DNA of 57,599 nt, counting the filler, from Sphacelaria rigidula (lineage: Eukaryota), in assembly GCA_964200075.2 (NCBI GenBank). It is 4 parts of 4 records of this genome, joined end to end, with 100 filler letters (N's around TTAATTAATTAA, not from the genome) between each part and the next. Parts side by side here need not be neighbours in the genome. Positions count along the whole stretch, not along the records: positions 28,852 to 43,175 come from CAXNAA020002314.1; positions 43,276 to 57,599 come from CAXNAA020002315.1; 2 more parts are not named here. One strand, 5' to 3'. Numbering within the stretch: position 1 is the stretch's first letter; each line of letters starts with the position of its first letter. A program made the translations under genes and the position numbers. Below the pieces are notes generated by a model. The model searched no databases and was not told the DNA's origin. It saw only the letters and a program-made list of their open reading frames with translations. Positions 38,371-51,394 of this stretch are shown piece by piece.

Positions 38371-39117
38371 GTACCCATTTTAACCCTTAGACCGCGAGAT
38401 TAGTCTTGCTGGATGATGCATACTTTTTTCACTTGAAATTGATGCCGATTCAACAGAAGACTAACCTCGCGGTCTAGGGGTTAATGGCAAACGAATATCG
38501 ATTTTTTGCCCGATTTTGAAAAAATCGGGGGGACTCAAACTCGTGAACTCAAAATCGGGGGGACCGTTTCATGGTACAGGCGGTACAGTATCACAGATTT
38601 GTGAAACGGTTCTATACACAGACGGTCATTTTTTGCATGAGTGTGGTACTGCAGCGACAACAGCTAGGAGAGTACAGTAGCGTTCGTTATAGTGATACAT
38701 ATGGCGGCGCAGCGCAGTATAAAATATAACTGTAGCCGTAGGGTATGTCGTCAGCACTTATTTTCCGCTTGTCAAACCCCGTGCGAAGTTGCTTCAGCAG
38801 CTGGGGGTGGCGGTACACACGCCCTGTGCTGTCACGAGACTATCTTCTGCTGCCGTTGCAAAAATATCAAACGCCTCGTACTCTGGCAATGTACGTCAAT
38901 GCACGTACGATACCTAAAAAAAGGGGGGGAAGTCACGATCTCGGAACGATTTCCCTCGATTCCCCCGAAAAATCGGGGGAAACGTTCCGAGATCGTGACT
39001 CCCCGATTTTTTCGCCCCCGACTTGGTCCAAATCCGTGTCCATACAGTGCGTTCCCCCATTTTTTGTCCCCCCGATTTTGAGAAAAGCGAGATTCGTGCC
39101 TGCCATAAAAGTGGGTC
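38371..39117 (+). mobile_element. Non-autonomous TIR element with TA TSD
   Basis: The left end gtacccatt[ttaa]tggca.acgaatatcgatttt matches the reverse of the right end gacccacttttatggcaggcacgaatctcgctttt. TA at 38369-38370 and 39118-39119. Confidence 0.75.
38384..38480 (+). mobile_element. 97-bp TTAA MITE inserted in the left TIR of 38371-39117
   Basis: TTAA|CCCTTAGACCGCGAG...CTCGCGGTCTAGGGG|TTAA. Confidence 0.92.
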
Positions 39118-39894
39118 TAACGTCGAATCATCGTGACGATTGGGCCGTGGGTTCGAATGTCGGCGCAGTTGCACGATCTGGGATTTTTTATCACACCATA
39201 CCCAACAGTGGAGAGCGACTACGTCCTGGGTACACAAAATTCAACTTCACGGTCGACGAGGGAAAGGGGCTGCTGAACCCCTCTCGCGATAAAAGTTGAG
39301 GGTAAGTACCGCAGAAGGGAGGTGGAGTACTCAAACAAAAGGAACAAAAGAAGAAAAAAATTCTGTATTAGCCTTCCTGTGTGACCCCACCCCGGCTGAT
39401 GCGCCCACATATACCGAAAGGTGTAGACTGGCGTCCATAATGAAGGGAATGGCATAACACACACAAGACACACGCTCAATCAATGCTAGACTCTCTATCG
39501 CATGAAAACGTTGTTCAGAGCTGGCCTGTACCCGGAAGTAGCCAAATACGTCCTCCCTTTTTCTTCGGCGTCGCTTTTCCGTGTCCGCAATCAATGCCGT
39601 GATTGCATGCGTTCTCACTTCTGTACCATTTGTTGTCCTCGTCTTATTCCTTGTGGACAAACGCAGGTACACCTTGTCTTTATTTGTCAAATGTGGAGAA
39701 CTCACGTGAGCGTCATGGACAGTACGAGCTGGGTGATTTGAGAAGTTGGGCTCTGAATTTTGCGACACGACATTTTTATCGTCAGAGCGCACGACATTTC
39801 GGGGGATGCAACGAAGAAAAGAAGGTTGAGCGATCTAAAGTTTTTGCAAAAACTGGAAAAATGCTTTAACTCCGTGAAAATGAAGAAACACATA

Positions 39895-40458
39895 CGAGCT
39901 GAGCCAGCCTATAAACGGATTTAAGCTTCAGAAGCAATATCTCATCGACACAGACGGGTTGGGCTGTGATCCACATGTCGTATTCATCGCCTGATCGAGG
40001 GGGAACCGCTAGTGCATGATAGAATTGAAAAAAACAGCTTTTTACTTTTTTTCGTTCTTCTCTTTTGTTTTCATTTTTTCGTGTTCCGGCACGATTCTAG
40101 TAGAGTTTCGAGGAAAAATGAACACCGCTTTTATGCCTTGTCTTAATTTTTCAGCTCAATTTTTACAATTGTGATTTGTAATTGAGCATGAAGGACCACG
40201 AAGGTGTGCCAAATAAAAAGAAATGGACCTTCATTTTTTTTCCTTTCACGGAGGTTAGGGCTCTCTCGTGAAAAAATTGTCTTCACCATACTGTAACGCT
40301 CTAAGCCAGTGAAAAAAAATTAAAAATCAAGCTGACCCACCGAGTTTTATTATTTATGCCCTAGCGAGGGCCTACACAAACTTTCAACATACAAAAACCA
40401 AACGTGGGCTGGTGAGTGGCCTACAGAATAATGTTCCGAATTTCTACCGACCTGGTTG
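39895..40458 (+). mobile_element. Internally deleted, 3'-truncated copy of the 1.2-kb TA element
   Basis: Starts TA|CGAGCTGAGCCAGCC and shares gcaatatctcatcgacacagacg and later blocks with 19114-20750. Confidence 0.7.
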
Positions 40459-40462
40459 TTAA

Positions 40463-41122
40463 CCCTTAGACTACCACACACACACACACACACCCGCTGG
40501 TAGACTGAGGTAGACACTACACTTTTTGGGTTCAGAATCATTCCTTTGTCACCACTCAAAACGCCTACTCTACGGCGGAAGGGACCGGGAGTGCACAAGA
40601 GGCATATAGTTGAGTCATAACACAGACGGTGGTGTGGTTGTCGACCACCTGATTGTTGCGATGTCGCGCCATGACGTTTTATACCAGATGGAGGTGTGGA
40701 GCTAGTACGACGCTCAGGCAGTACTGAACAGACGTACACAGTGTACCGAAGATGCTCGAACACCTACTCTTTGGTTATATAATCTATGGTTGATGTTGGC
40801 ATGCTCACAATGAGTTATGAGGGTAGACACCGAATTTGTCTACCAGGTGTCTACCTCTACCGTAACAAAAGTGCTTATTTTGACGATCGTGATTGGTCAG
40901 AATGGTCATCCCGCGTCTCTCGGGCCTTGAGCACGGCTCATAATTTTCCGCGGGAAACTTCCAAACACATATGGTTGACTCCGGGAGCTTCTCCGATGCT
41001 CCGCGGAGAGGCACCCCCCCCCCGGTCAAAAACCACCCCCTCCCCGAGCTCTGGAAACCCCCGCATGTCTCGGAACTGTCAGCCTGTACAACTGTTCTGA
41101 GGCGACTCTCGTCGTCTAGGGG
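40463..41122. mobile_element. 660-bp non-autonomous piggyBac-like element
   Basis: TTAA|CCCTTAGACTAC...GTCGTCTAGGGG|TTAA, with the same terminal motif as the 97-bp MITEs. Confidence 0.7.
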
Positions 41123-43175
41123 TTAACGGTCGACGAGGGAAAGGGAATGCTGAACCCCTCTCGCGATAAAGAGGGAAAGTCAAGCACCGCAGAAGGAAGG
41201 TGGGGTATTAAAAACAAACAAAAAAACTCCTGTGTTGACTCTCCTCCTGTGTGACCCCGGCTGGTGCACACATATACCGAAAGGTGTAGACCGGCGTCCG
41301 GAATAAAAGGGACGACAACACACACACACAATACCTACCGTACCCGCTCAATCGGGTATTTTCAAAACTCATACCTACGATACCCACGCACACCACGGTA
41401 TGGGATACCCCAGTTAATACCGGGGGTATACCCGGTTAATACCGGACGCGATGCACTCCCCACGGTGCAGCAGCTGGTCCCAACTTACGCAAAGGCCAGA
41501 AGTTGTCGGGGTAGGTACGTCTTGTTTTCACAAGTAACATATACCCAGCTTCCCCCTGATTTTCGTGTTTGGATCACTTCGAGTAAACTTATTACTGATA
41601 TAGTCTGAAGTGCGGTCCAATCACTTTTCTCGATCTGATAGGCCCGCCACATTTCTGTTCCTAGAAGGCTCCAACTCAAACTTGTAATTAGTGGCGCGCG
41701 GAGAAAAACTCCAGAACAAAAACACTGAGCTTTTTCGATCGAAGACATACGATCGAAAGGCACAAAGCAACACTTGATTCCTATCTTACAGACCGCCGCG
41801 CTAGATACAACCCGTTCACAGAACCATGGTAACTCCATCCAACTCATTCTCAGCCACGACCGCAACCTTGCAACATCGAATATGAGTTGATCACGTGCAG
41901 TAATTGGGTATGCTTTCCTTATTTCTTTTTGCGAAAACTTGTGCATCTTCTGTCATGGTAGGATCAGCGACGGAACTGCGGGGTACGGTGGGCAACTGAG
42001 TTGCGTACACGCTTATGGACAGTGCAGTGCAACGCTGCACGTTGTTGAGGTTCTTTTCACGTCGCATTGTGAGCAGAGAGAACTGATGGTCCTGGGCCGT
42101 CTGCTCTGCACGTTTCCCGCTTCTCTTTAAAATTCTACCGTACAAAACACGCACACTCTCACTCAAAACACTGCTTATAAGCAGTGCAGACAGTACAGAC
42201 CGTCTATACTGTACACGAGTGACCATCTACCGTTTCACTACTTCCACTGTCTTTTTTCGATCGAAAGCTTGGAATTCGCTTGGACCCAACTCTAGAAAAA
42301 TGAGCGATTTCCGCTCAAATCAATTCCACTGCCCCATTTTTTCGATCGAAGAAAAGAGTGCTGAGGAACGCCGTGAAACGCTTCTCCGCACTGCCGGGTG
42401 ACAGTTTTGAAACCGGTACAGAGGGTGAGGCAGTTACCCGGTACGAGCTGGGCCAGCTTAAAAGCGGCTAAAAGTTGCTCTTACCACAGCTTCCACAGTT
42501 TCCCGAATGAACCCGATGTAAGCATATCACTGTGAAGTGCAGACCAACCTTGTAACATACGGCACCGCCGCTGATGAAAGAAAAAAAGGGGAAAAAAGTA
42601 CTGCATAATAATAATAATAATAATAATAACAAGGGTCTGTCGAGCGAAAATTTTTGGACACGTGGGCCACACACGCACACACACACACACACACACCTCT
42701 CGGAGGGCATTTCGAAAATTGTCATGATTTTTTCGATTTTTTTTGTCAAGTTTCTCGCAAGGAATTGATTAAAAAAACACTGTTTTGATTGTTTCTGTTA
42801 ATTTTGTTGAAATTGATGAAAAAACGCTGACAAAAACGAAAAACCTGGTGGGCTTTGTGGGGCTCGTGTATTTGCTTCCGCTCCTTGCCCGATCTGTCCC
42901 GATGACCTCAGATGCCGGAGGGCATTTTTCCGACAAATAAAATTATCCTGTTTTTTTTTATATATATTTTTAACTTGGGCAATGGCCTAGAAAAGGTATA
43001 CCTTCTCGTTTTTTGCCTAAGAAAGGTACGAAAAATGACCAGAAACCCGAAAACAGCTCAAGACGCCATTTTGACCGTTCTCGCTCCGGAGTTTTCACGC
43101 ACACCATTCGGGGGGACCATACGCACCCGGGACTCGAAAACAAACGGATAAAAAACATGTTACTCGAGAGATATG

Positions 43176-43275
43176 NNNNNNNNNNNNNNNNNNNNNNNNN
43201 NNNNNNNNNNNNNNNNNNNTTAATTAATTAANNNNNNNNNNNNNNNNNNNNNNNNNNNNNNNNNNNNNNNNNNNN
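43176..43275. other. Artificial contig spacer
   Basis: N44-TTAATTAATTAA-N44. Confidence 0.95.
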
Positions 43276-43988
43276 TTGTTTTTTGTTTTTTTTTTTTTTT
43301 TTGGGTTTTTTTGTTTTTTTTTTTTTTTTGTTTGGGGGGGGGGGGGGGGGGGGGGCATTTGACACGGCTTCTGCCCCCCCAAACAGGGAATATCGCCATC
43401 ACACGTGAATCCATGGCATAATCCTGCAGACACCGCATTTTGTCCAGCGTTTGTTCAGAGGTCGTTCTCGAAACCTCGGAGTCAAGCGAACTGGGAAAAT
43501 GGGATAGACTCCTGGTGGTGGGATAATGCAAAGTGTCCAAAATATGCGGTGGCGATATCGTTGGGGGCTGGAAGCATCTGTCAAATGTCCCACAAGTGAA
43601 AAATACGCCCCCCCAAATACTAACCTTACGACGGTCTGAGCATTGGGAACGTTCATAGGTGCTGAATTTTTTGTCGAAAAAATGCAAGTTTACTCCCCGG
43701 CTCTGATGTACGGCCTCAGACCATTTTTCTTGGGGAACTGTGTCTACTTCACGGCTGGTACCAGCCGAATGCTTGCCAAATGATTCTTCCATCCGGGCAT
43801 TCCGGTATTGGATTTTTTTTTTCGCGCCAGACTGAATGTGGCGGGAATCGAACTCGCGTTGTTTCCACCCTGATTGTGTCCGTTGTATCATTTTAATTTA
43901 GAGCATCGGGGCGCGGTAACTGTACGTAGTGCACAAGAGATGCTCAGCAGCGCACTGCACCGACCGCATCTCCTCCCACACTTGTCAG

Positions 43989-44248
43989 CTCCTGAGCGGC
44001 GACGTCCTCGAGACTGGACATCGCTACACCGTACTGTTTCACAAGTTACCGTGGTACCTGGAGCCGAAGCTCTCAAGAGTAGGGCGGCGCGTGCACTGCG
44101 CCAAGTTGACAGGGGTTTTAGTGGATCGGACCCCTATACTGCCTCGAGCAAAGCTTGCAAACGCTCGAGGCGCCTACCCTTTATGTCTGCCACGAGGCAG
44201 TCTAGCTCAGCCTTCGGATGATTGGCACATGAACCGGCCGCTTGCGGG
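43989..44248 (+). CDS. Candidate exon A of a split host gene (unknown domain)
   Basis: Acceptor ctcccacacttgtcAG, open frame LLSGDVLETGHRYTVLFHKLPWYLEPK..., donor GG|GTCAGT. Phase 2 matches the next exon. Confidence 0.35.
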
Positions 44249-44485
44249 GTCAGTGTTGGATTAGGTTTAGGTTTCCTCCTTCCATCTAGGGAAAAGAAAC
44301 TGTGGTACTTACTCCCTGTACGTATATCCCCCCCCCCCCCGCCCCCCCCCCCAGACCTTGCGCTTGGTGACTGCGAGCCTGGTCCAGCGAAAATCCGGCG
44401 TGCCCGGCCCTGGCTTTGTAGGGATACGAGACAAACGGTCTTATGGCTACGACATGTGGATTCACCCCCTCCATCCCGTTCCCAG

Positions 44486-44603
44486 CACAAACGTGTCAGA
44501 TGTGCCCTGTTTAAGGGTCCGGACCTCTGGCTACCGTTTCACACTCTCGCGCTTCATCGTACTTGAACGGGAACGTTCCCGGCGCCTCGAAAACATGTTA
44601 CAG
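44486..44603 (+). CDS. Candidate exon B, ending ...RLENMLQ (N-half of a docking/dimerisation motif)
   Basis: Strong acceptor ttcaccccctccatcccgttcccAG and donor CAG|GTAATG. In frame with exons A and C. Confidence 0.5.
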
Positions 44604-46605
44604 GTAATGTTATGCCACATCTTCTCCAAATAATCCGCCCCTTGTCGAGAGCCGAGGTCCCCAAGCATCGGACATGGCAAAAGCTGTACACGCTGGTAGA
44701 TTTTGACAGACCCGCGTCTGGCGTTGTTTTATACAAAAAGAAGTCACGCGCTACTCGTACGAGTAGCCACTCGGGTGACTGTACTCTGGCTCTACAGTAC
44801 AATACCCGGTAGAAACTGCCGACAACTACAACTCAGGTACTCTGCACGAGTAAGGTGGTCGTGATACCGACACTTGCATTGGTAGCAATTTCTGGTTTCA
44901 AGATCAAATGTCTGCTTCTATCGAGGTTGCTCTGCCAAAACGGGTGTGTTATACTCCATCATCTCACGTACAGTGCACAGTCAGCAGAGTACTCTAGTCA
45001 CCGTCCGTCAGGATCTATACGTTCACAGGTTAGACCTCGGGGAGGTGGTATGCAGCCACCTCCAATTTTGTTCTCATGTAGGCCCTTGATCACCTTGCAT
45101 ACGGAAGAAACGTGCGGGATCAACAGCACAAGTAAGGTACAAATTGCACTGCACGCGGCTGTGCCGTGCACACCGAGTTCCACATGGAGCAGCATCCTGC
45201 AGTGCAACAAGAGTGGGGGGCTCCTACTTAAAATCCGTCACTCTCTTCATATCTTCTCGTTGAAGTAAGCACACCAGAAGGTAGCGGTATCGCCCCCCCC
45301 CCCCCCCCCCCCCAACACCCTCACACATGCCAGTCACACAGTCGCAGCACATAAGCAAAGTCTGCACAACTAATTCGTATTCCTTCGGAGCTTGTGTGGG
45401 GGGCAGCAGGAGGCAACAAGCGATACCGACAGAGCAAGGTCGAAGACCAGCCCCCCGCTGACATGTACATACCACGATGACAGCAGATATTTGCACGTCT
45501 ACGACCTGTGTGCTATGGGTTCTGCACGTCAAATCAGCCCAATAGTACGGGTCATTATCACCTTGATATGCTCCAGAGCCCACGAAAAACGAAAAGTACT
45601 AGCAGCTATCCCGTGCTGAGGATTATTCTTATCACCAGTGCCCCTTCCGCACCCCTTACGGCATTGCTCCCGGCTGTTGTCAACCTAACCTGATTGGTCA
45701 CACTGGACTCCAAAATATTCTTCAAGTCCCGCCGGTCCTAGGCCAGGTATGTTCTCACATCCATAACCCACAGGTCACTGTATTCTCTTGTTTCCAGTGC
45801 GTTTTATAATACTATGATAATCGAACATCGATTCATATTTTTTTTACCTCTCTGGTATCTAATATCAGATATTAAAATATGATTGCAAAGGAAACAAACA
45901 AAAATGGCTCAAATCTTTGGGTACTCTTGATAAGAGTATGACTGTTCAAGACATCAAGTATCGGGTATACCCTACACGGCCTCCCCTTGGGACTTTGCCA
46001 CTTAAATGGTTTGGTGAAGGTAGACCGCTGTATACTTCATCTCATCAACTTTCCACGAGCTGGTGTACGTATTCCGCTGCGCTCGCGCTTCGCTTCAGAT
46101 GGAGCGTGCCCTCTGTTTTCACTCTATCCCGCTCAGTTGCTACGCATCGGTGCTATGTTGGAGGACGGGTGGGTCGGCTTTGATACCGTAATTACACGTT
46201 TTACATAATGGTATTGCCTACAGTAGTTGGCCGGTCCCGTTCGAGACCAGCAGCCGAAAACATAGCACGTCTGTACGGTAGTGAAGTCGAAATGTTTTGC
46301 TGGTATACGACCAGTAGCTTACGGCTCTGTGCGATTCCCGCAGCGCGATACCAGCACTCATAATCGCCCAACCAATGGTGTCTCTGAACAGGTTCTTGCT
46401 GTTGGTTCTTTTTGTGACGGGTGTATTGACTGGCTCATTGGATCCAAGTTGTGCCACCCGCCGACCATATCATACCACAACCCTGTCCCTGTCTCCGGAG
46501 ATCTCAGGATCTTGAACGTGTGACAGGAAGGCCATTTTGATGTCAAAATTGAATCACAAAAAATTGCATTGGTACAGTAGTAGTGCTTCATAGTAGAGCT
46601 ACATA

Positions 46606-47846
46606 CAGGCTGGGCCGGCCAAGACGCGAATTTGTGGTTTGCAGACCCCGTCTCACCTCAATTTTGCGAGTTAGACTTCGATATTTGGTACGGAGAAAGA
46701 ATATGGCATCTAAAACGCTGTCGCTCGGGACGCGCATATTTTTTTCGTGGGCTTATGGTAACAATCAGTATCGATATCAGGACAATACCGTTGACTCACG
46801 AGAAAAAAATAAGTTTGCTCGTCCTGAGCGACAGCGTCTTAGCCCACCCTGTTCTTCCTCCGTACCAAATTTCGAAGTCTAACTCGCAAAATTGAGGTGA
46901 AACGGGGCAATTTAGAAAGCGGGCCGGGCGAAATTCTGAACAACATTTTCCAGGCCGTTTACCCGCCCAGGTTTGGTACTCGTACTTGTGTTTTGAATCT
47001 TTGTGTGGGACCTTGCTAGGCCATAACAAATAAAAAAAGTGGTATATATATACATGTATATGTATATATATATGTGTGTGTACATCTATTTTTTTTCACT
47101 TGCTTAGGACGCTTTGTTATAGTAAAGACCATATTTTCACGAGAAGGCCCGTACCTCTCCAGGACGAAAACAAAAATGAAGGGCCCATTTTTTTCCTCGG
47201 CATGTCTTTGCCATTCTCCGTGATGAGTTTCAAATCTCAATTGTTTTAAAATTGAGCGGAAAAACTGAGATTAGGTCTGGTAGCATTGTCCATTTTCCCT
47301 GAAAACTGCCGTGAGCGAGAAGAAAAATGAAGGAAAAAATGAAAAAAATTAAAAACGATGTTTTTTTTTTCTCATTATGCACCAGCGGTTCTCCATACGA
47401 AATTTCAAAACATAACTCTCAAAAACTGAGACGTAATATCCAGATTGAGTGCATTAAGTGCCTGTGCTCGAAATATTTTGATTTTAGTATATAACCCTAT
47501 GTGCGCCATATCTTGAAACAGATAACGAATTAGGCAAAGGTGGAGGTATCGATCGTTTTCTCCTGTTGTTCCAGGGAATGCCCACACCAAAAGTCGTCAT
47601 CATCCGCTGTATATATCGTTCGGGGTTTCACAGAAAATTTAATGCGGACGCTATCTCCGTACGGTATAGGAATGACTAGAGATGAGATTTCACCATCGAG
47701 AAAAAATTGGCCCAGACTTCTGAGCACATGGGCACTTTCCCCATGATCAGACGATTGATACGATATGCAGGTCGCGACCCAACTCGTCTGTATCGATGAG
47801 ATATTACTGTGAGAGCGTTAATCCGCGTCTAGGCCGGCCCAGCTCG
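46606..47846 (-). mobile_element. Complete 1241-bp non-autonomous TIR element with TA TSD
   Basis: TA|CAGGCTGGGCCGGCCAAGACGCG ... CGCGTCTAGGCCGGCCCAGCTCG|TA. No transposase ORF. Confidence 0.9.
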
Positions 47847-47916
47847 TATAGGGATAGTAGTGACAGGTTGGTCACCACGATGGGTCATGTGGGTCTTACC
47901 CAAGATTTATCCTTGA

Positions 47917-48014
47917 CCCTCAGGTGGCGAGAGTAGGTCATCTGTTTAATCGGCATCAATTTCACTTGAAAAAAAATGCATGATCCAGATAGACTAACCT
48001 CGCGGTCTAGGGGG
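47917..48014. mobile_element. TTAA-family MITE with TTGA on both flanks
   Basis: TTGA|CCCTCAGG...CTCGCGGTCTAGGGGG|TTGA with the family core sequence. Confidence 0.75.
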
Positions 48015-48093
48015 TTGAATTCGTGGGAAAATAATGCCGCTTCAATGAATGACCCACCATGACAAGTAGAGCTCACGTATTACTCCTAAGAGT

Positions 48094-48740
48094 TGTTACG
48101 TACTTGCTTTTACAATGATCACCGATATTCGGATCTTTAAAGCGACAGGCAGTCCCACGTGCTTCTATTATGGCTCGCCCAGAACGTGTCTGCCAACGCG
48201 CACTTTGCCTCGAGCAACTTGCACCCTCCTCGCCCAAGGGTTCTCGTATGCCTTGGTCGGGATTGAGGGCTAGGGTTAGGGTTACGTAGGGTTTTGAAAT
48301 AATGAATTTCTGAGAACGCTCTGTCAAACATTATCACGACGAAATAAAGCGTAAGGATCCCTCACCCTGACAGTCAAGGGTCGCTGAATCGCTACCTTTA
48401 CCCTCAGACGGCTAAGGTGAGTCATTTGGGTCTCGCAGCCGTTGTTCAAGTGTAAAGGATTCGGATTTCGGCAGATAGCTCAACCCGGCGGTTGAAAAGG
48501 TTAAGGGTTATAAGGGTTATTGCCCCTTTTACAGCGAATAATTTGAGATTTCTACTGTACAGGTAGGAGCAACCACTATATACAAAAATATAGTCAACGC
48601 GGAAAATGGCGCGCCGGCATGCTCGGGCCCAAATGAATTGCTTCACGATCTAGGTGTGCAAAAACGGACGGCTCCCTACACGTATAACAACCCAGACACA
48701 CGCACGCCAAGGCGTGAGTGACGTGGTGAAGTCGGCAGGA
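48094..48740 (+). mobile_element. Probable LTR (48094-48723) followed by a primer-binding site (48724-48740)
   Basis: TGTTAC...GTGACG immediately followed by TGGTGAAGTCGGCAGGA, resembling the complement of a tRNA 3' end (cf. Ser-type TGGCGTAGTCGGCAGGA). No partner LTR or pol in the window. Confidence 0.55.
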
Positions 48741-49351
48741 CACAACAGGCAGCTACAATGATGTCCGGAGACAAAGGCGGGTTACGACGTGAGAGGGAGG
48801 CGTGGTTCAGTGAGAACGCCAGCCCCTTGCTATCCAAGATGGTTCAGGTGAATATCGCAAAGGTGCCCATCTATCTACAGTATCTGCTCCTCATACAATT
48901 TTCGTGAGATTGAGAGCAACATTTTTGACTGCGAACGAGAATCCAACGGCACGGAAATCCTACTTTATAGATTGACTGGTATTTCTTATCGGGGAATACT
49001 TCGCTGAGCCAGTCGAGGAGCGGCTCGAATAAAATCTCTTAGCCGTGGGATGAATACTAGAGTAGTACAGTATATATATATTTGACTGCATTCACCTCGT
49101 CACCCAGCAGAAATCTAGAACTCCAGATTTCCAGGAATGGTCCATGAATGCTTGAAACAGTTTCTCTGCCGAAATGCCCCTCCAGGCCTTGCACGCGTTC
49201 TGCAGTAGCTTGCCGCTGAGCCCTCTGATATCCCTGAGAAGGATATCGATGTGTAGCCGTACGCACACGACATTTGTAGAGGAAAAAAAGCACATCAACA
49301 ATAGGTCAAGTTAGAGCGAACAATAAAATTCGCTCTCAATTCAATAGGTCA

Positions 49352-50690
49352 AGGTTGTGTCCTGAAGGATACGATTTTCTGCATACCTGGGGTATTTTCC
49401 CGGGTATAACCCATACCTTACAGTTCCGTGGGTTCTGTCAGCCTTCCATACCCTTACGCGATAGCTGTGTGAATTCTGTACATGACATATACCCTTCCCC
49501 AGGTTACGGTATGTACCCTTTTACATATATCCGGGTGAGGGTACGGGTTTCCGTAAAAAATACATGCCGCACTTGACATGTCCTGTATGTTGCGTACGAC
49601 TTCATCCCGGTACCCAATAGTTCTGTAAGTTCTGTAGGCTTTCTATAGCCTAAAATAGGGTACGGGTATACCCTTGAAGAAATACCCGATGCAGGTATGA
49701 GCACGGGTACACATACCCTAGGAAGATATGGATGTAGCGTCAATCCCGACACATTATGACACTCTGACGTCTGATCACACACGATCCCCCGCTACGTGGA
49801 CCACCTCAATCACTCAACACCACACACCCACAAAACAAAAAGTGACCATTGTAAACTTCGCACGCTGACGGTTTACGGGATACCGTGGAGTGGAAATCGA
49901 AACACGAGCGTTCTGTGCTATCCCTAGATTCAATTTCCATTTTTTGTAGAGGTCAGGTTCTACGGTGACCGGTTCCTCCACCACCTAATTTTACATTTAT
50001 TGTTCATGCTGCATTTTTGGCAGGCAAGCATACGCACTTGACACAAATTATCAGCGCGCTCCGAGTTGGATGCATGCAAATATGATAATGACGCTAGGTA
50101 CATGACAACCTAAGGGTGGCGCTTGATCCGTATGCCGTATACGACTTGGGGTACACGGCATGCGTTCACTCTTTTTTATCTCCCTGAAGTCAGGAAATAT
50201 ACGGGCATACCCGGGGTATTTACCCAGATGTTACCCGTACCCGACATTTATGTGAGTTCTGGATGCATCCCATTCCCGTAGCCGATAGTTCTGTGAGTTC
50301 TGGAAGCCTCCCATACCCATACCCGACAATTTTGTGGGTTCTGTAAACCATTTATACCCGTACCTGGGGTACTGGTACACCCGATTAAATATACCCGGGT
50401 GATGGTACGGTTTTCTGTCCAGCATCCATACCCGTACCCGGCAGTTCTCGAGCTAAAGTCTGTAGGCCCTCCATACCTTTACCCGACAGTTTTTCAGGGT
50501 CTCTACATGATGTTCATCTTTACCCGGGGTTAAGATATGCTCTCGAAAAAAATCCACGGTGCGGGTGCGGGTTTCTGTACAACGTCCGTACCCTACCCGA
50601 CATGTTCTGTAAGTTCTGTAAGATTTTCATGCCGGTAACCGATGCTTGATTCTGTAAGTTTTGTAAGGAACGTTTTACCCTACCGAGCGT
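49352..50690 (+). repeat. Two copies (~49352-49735, ~50197-50690) of the tacccgacagttctgt family
   Basis: Same motifs as 22222-22750. Confidence 0.75.
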
Positions 50691-50913
50691 ACGTACCTGT
50701 GCCCTACATAACGCAAACTTGCAATACTAATTCTATACTTCACTCTCAATTCCACGAAACAATGTGTATCTCGTATAAACTCGTTCGATCGAGTTAACTG
50801 CCGCCATATCACAAGTCCGTGGCGAACCTCTGCTGCTGCTAGTAAGCATGATTCCAAGACTCTGAGCATGAGCATGTCAGTGTTGGACGGGCCCAAACTC
50901 AAAATCTTGAAAG

Positions 50914-51328
50914 AGATTACCGTCGAAAACGAGGTTCAATATCAAAATGAAGTTCAACTCCAAAACAGTGCTTTCCCCAACCTCAAGTCATGACAAATGA
51001 CTTTTACGTGGAGGACCTCATGTCCCCCGACCTCCCTGAAACTATTTTCGGGGCTTTCCCGTCTTCCGTTCCCCCGAAGGATATATGTGAAATGACCTTT
51101 ATGCCTCGAATTCGGGGTGGAAAAATGGACGTCTTCGGCACGAAAATGTTGCGTTGATACATCCGTACCCTTTTGGGGGAGCGGAAGACGAGAAAAATAG
51201 TTTCAGGGAAGTCGGGGGGCATGAAGTTATCCATGTGTAAGTCATCTGTCATGACTTCAGGTCAGGGAAAGCACTGCTTTGGAGTTGAGCCTCATTTTAA
51301 TACTGAAGCTCGTTTTCGAAGATAATCT
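50914..51328. mobile_element. ~415-bp fold-back element with ~170-bp arms
   Basis: tcgaaaacgaggttcaatatcaaaatga...ccctgaaactatttt pairs with aaaatagtttcaggg...tcattttaatactgaagctcgttttcga. TSD not resolved. Confidence 0.8.
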
Positions 51329-51394
51329 GTGCTTTGATTCAGTATATTTTCAACACGCAAGAACGACCTATCCTTTCACCACATACCCGCACAG

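Larger units (their letters stand above)
38343..39472 (+). mobile_element. SINE copy split by a DNA-transposon insertion
   Basis: Head 38343-38370 (gccggtcgcccaggtggcttagttcgTA) resumes at 39118 (TAacgtcg...gggttcgaat). Confidence 0.8.

Noticed and set aside
43220..43891. 223-aa minus-strand ORF
   Set aside because: It runs through poly-G/T and Ns into the linker, with no protein motif.
45380..46530. Very degraded integrase/transposase-like peptides on the minus strand (ALEHIKVIMTR..., CHTFKILRSPETG)
   Set aside because: The similarity is too short and interrupted to support.
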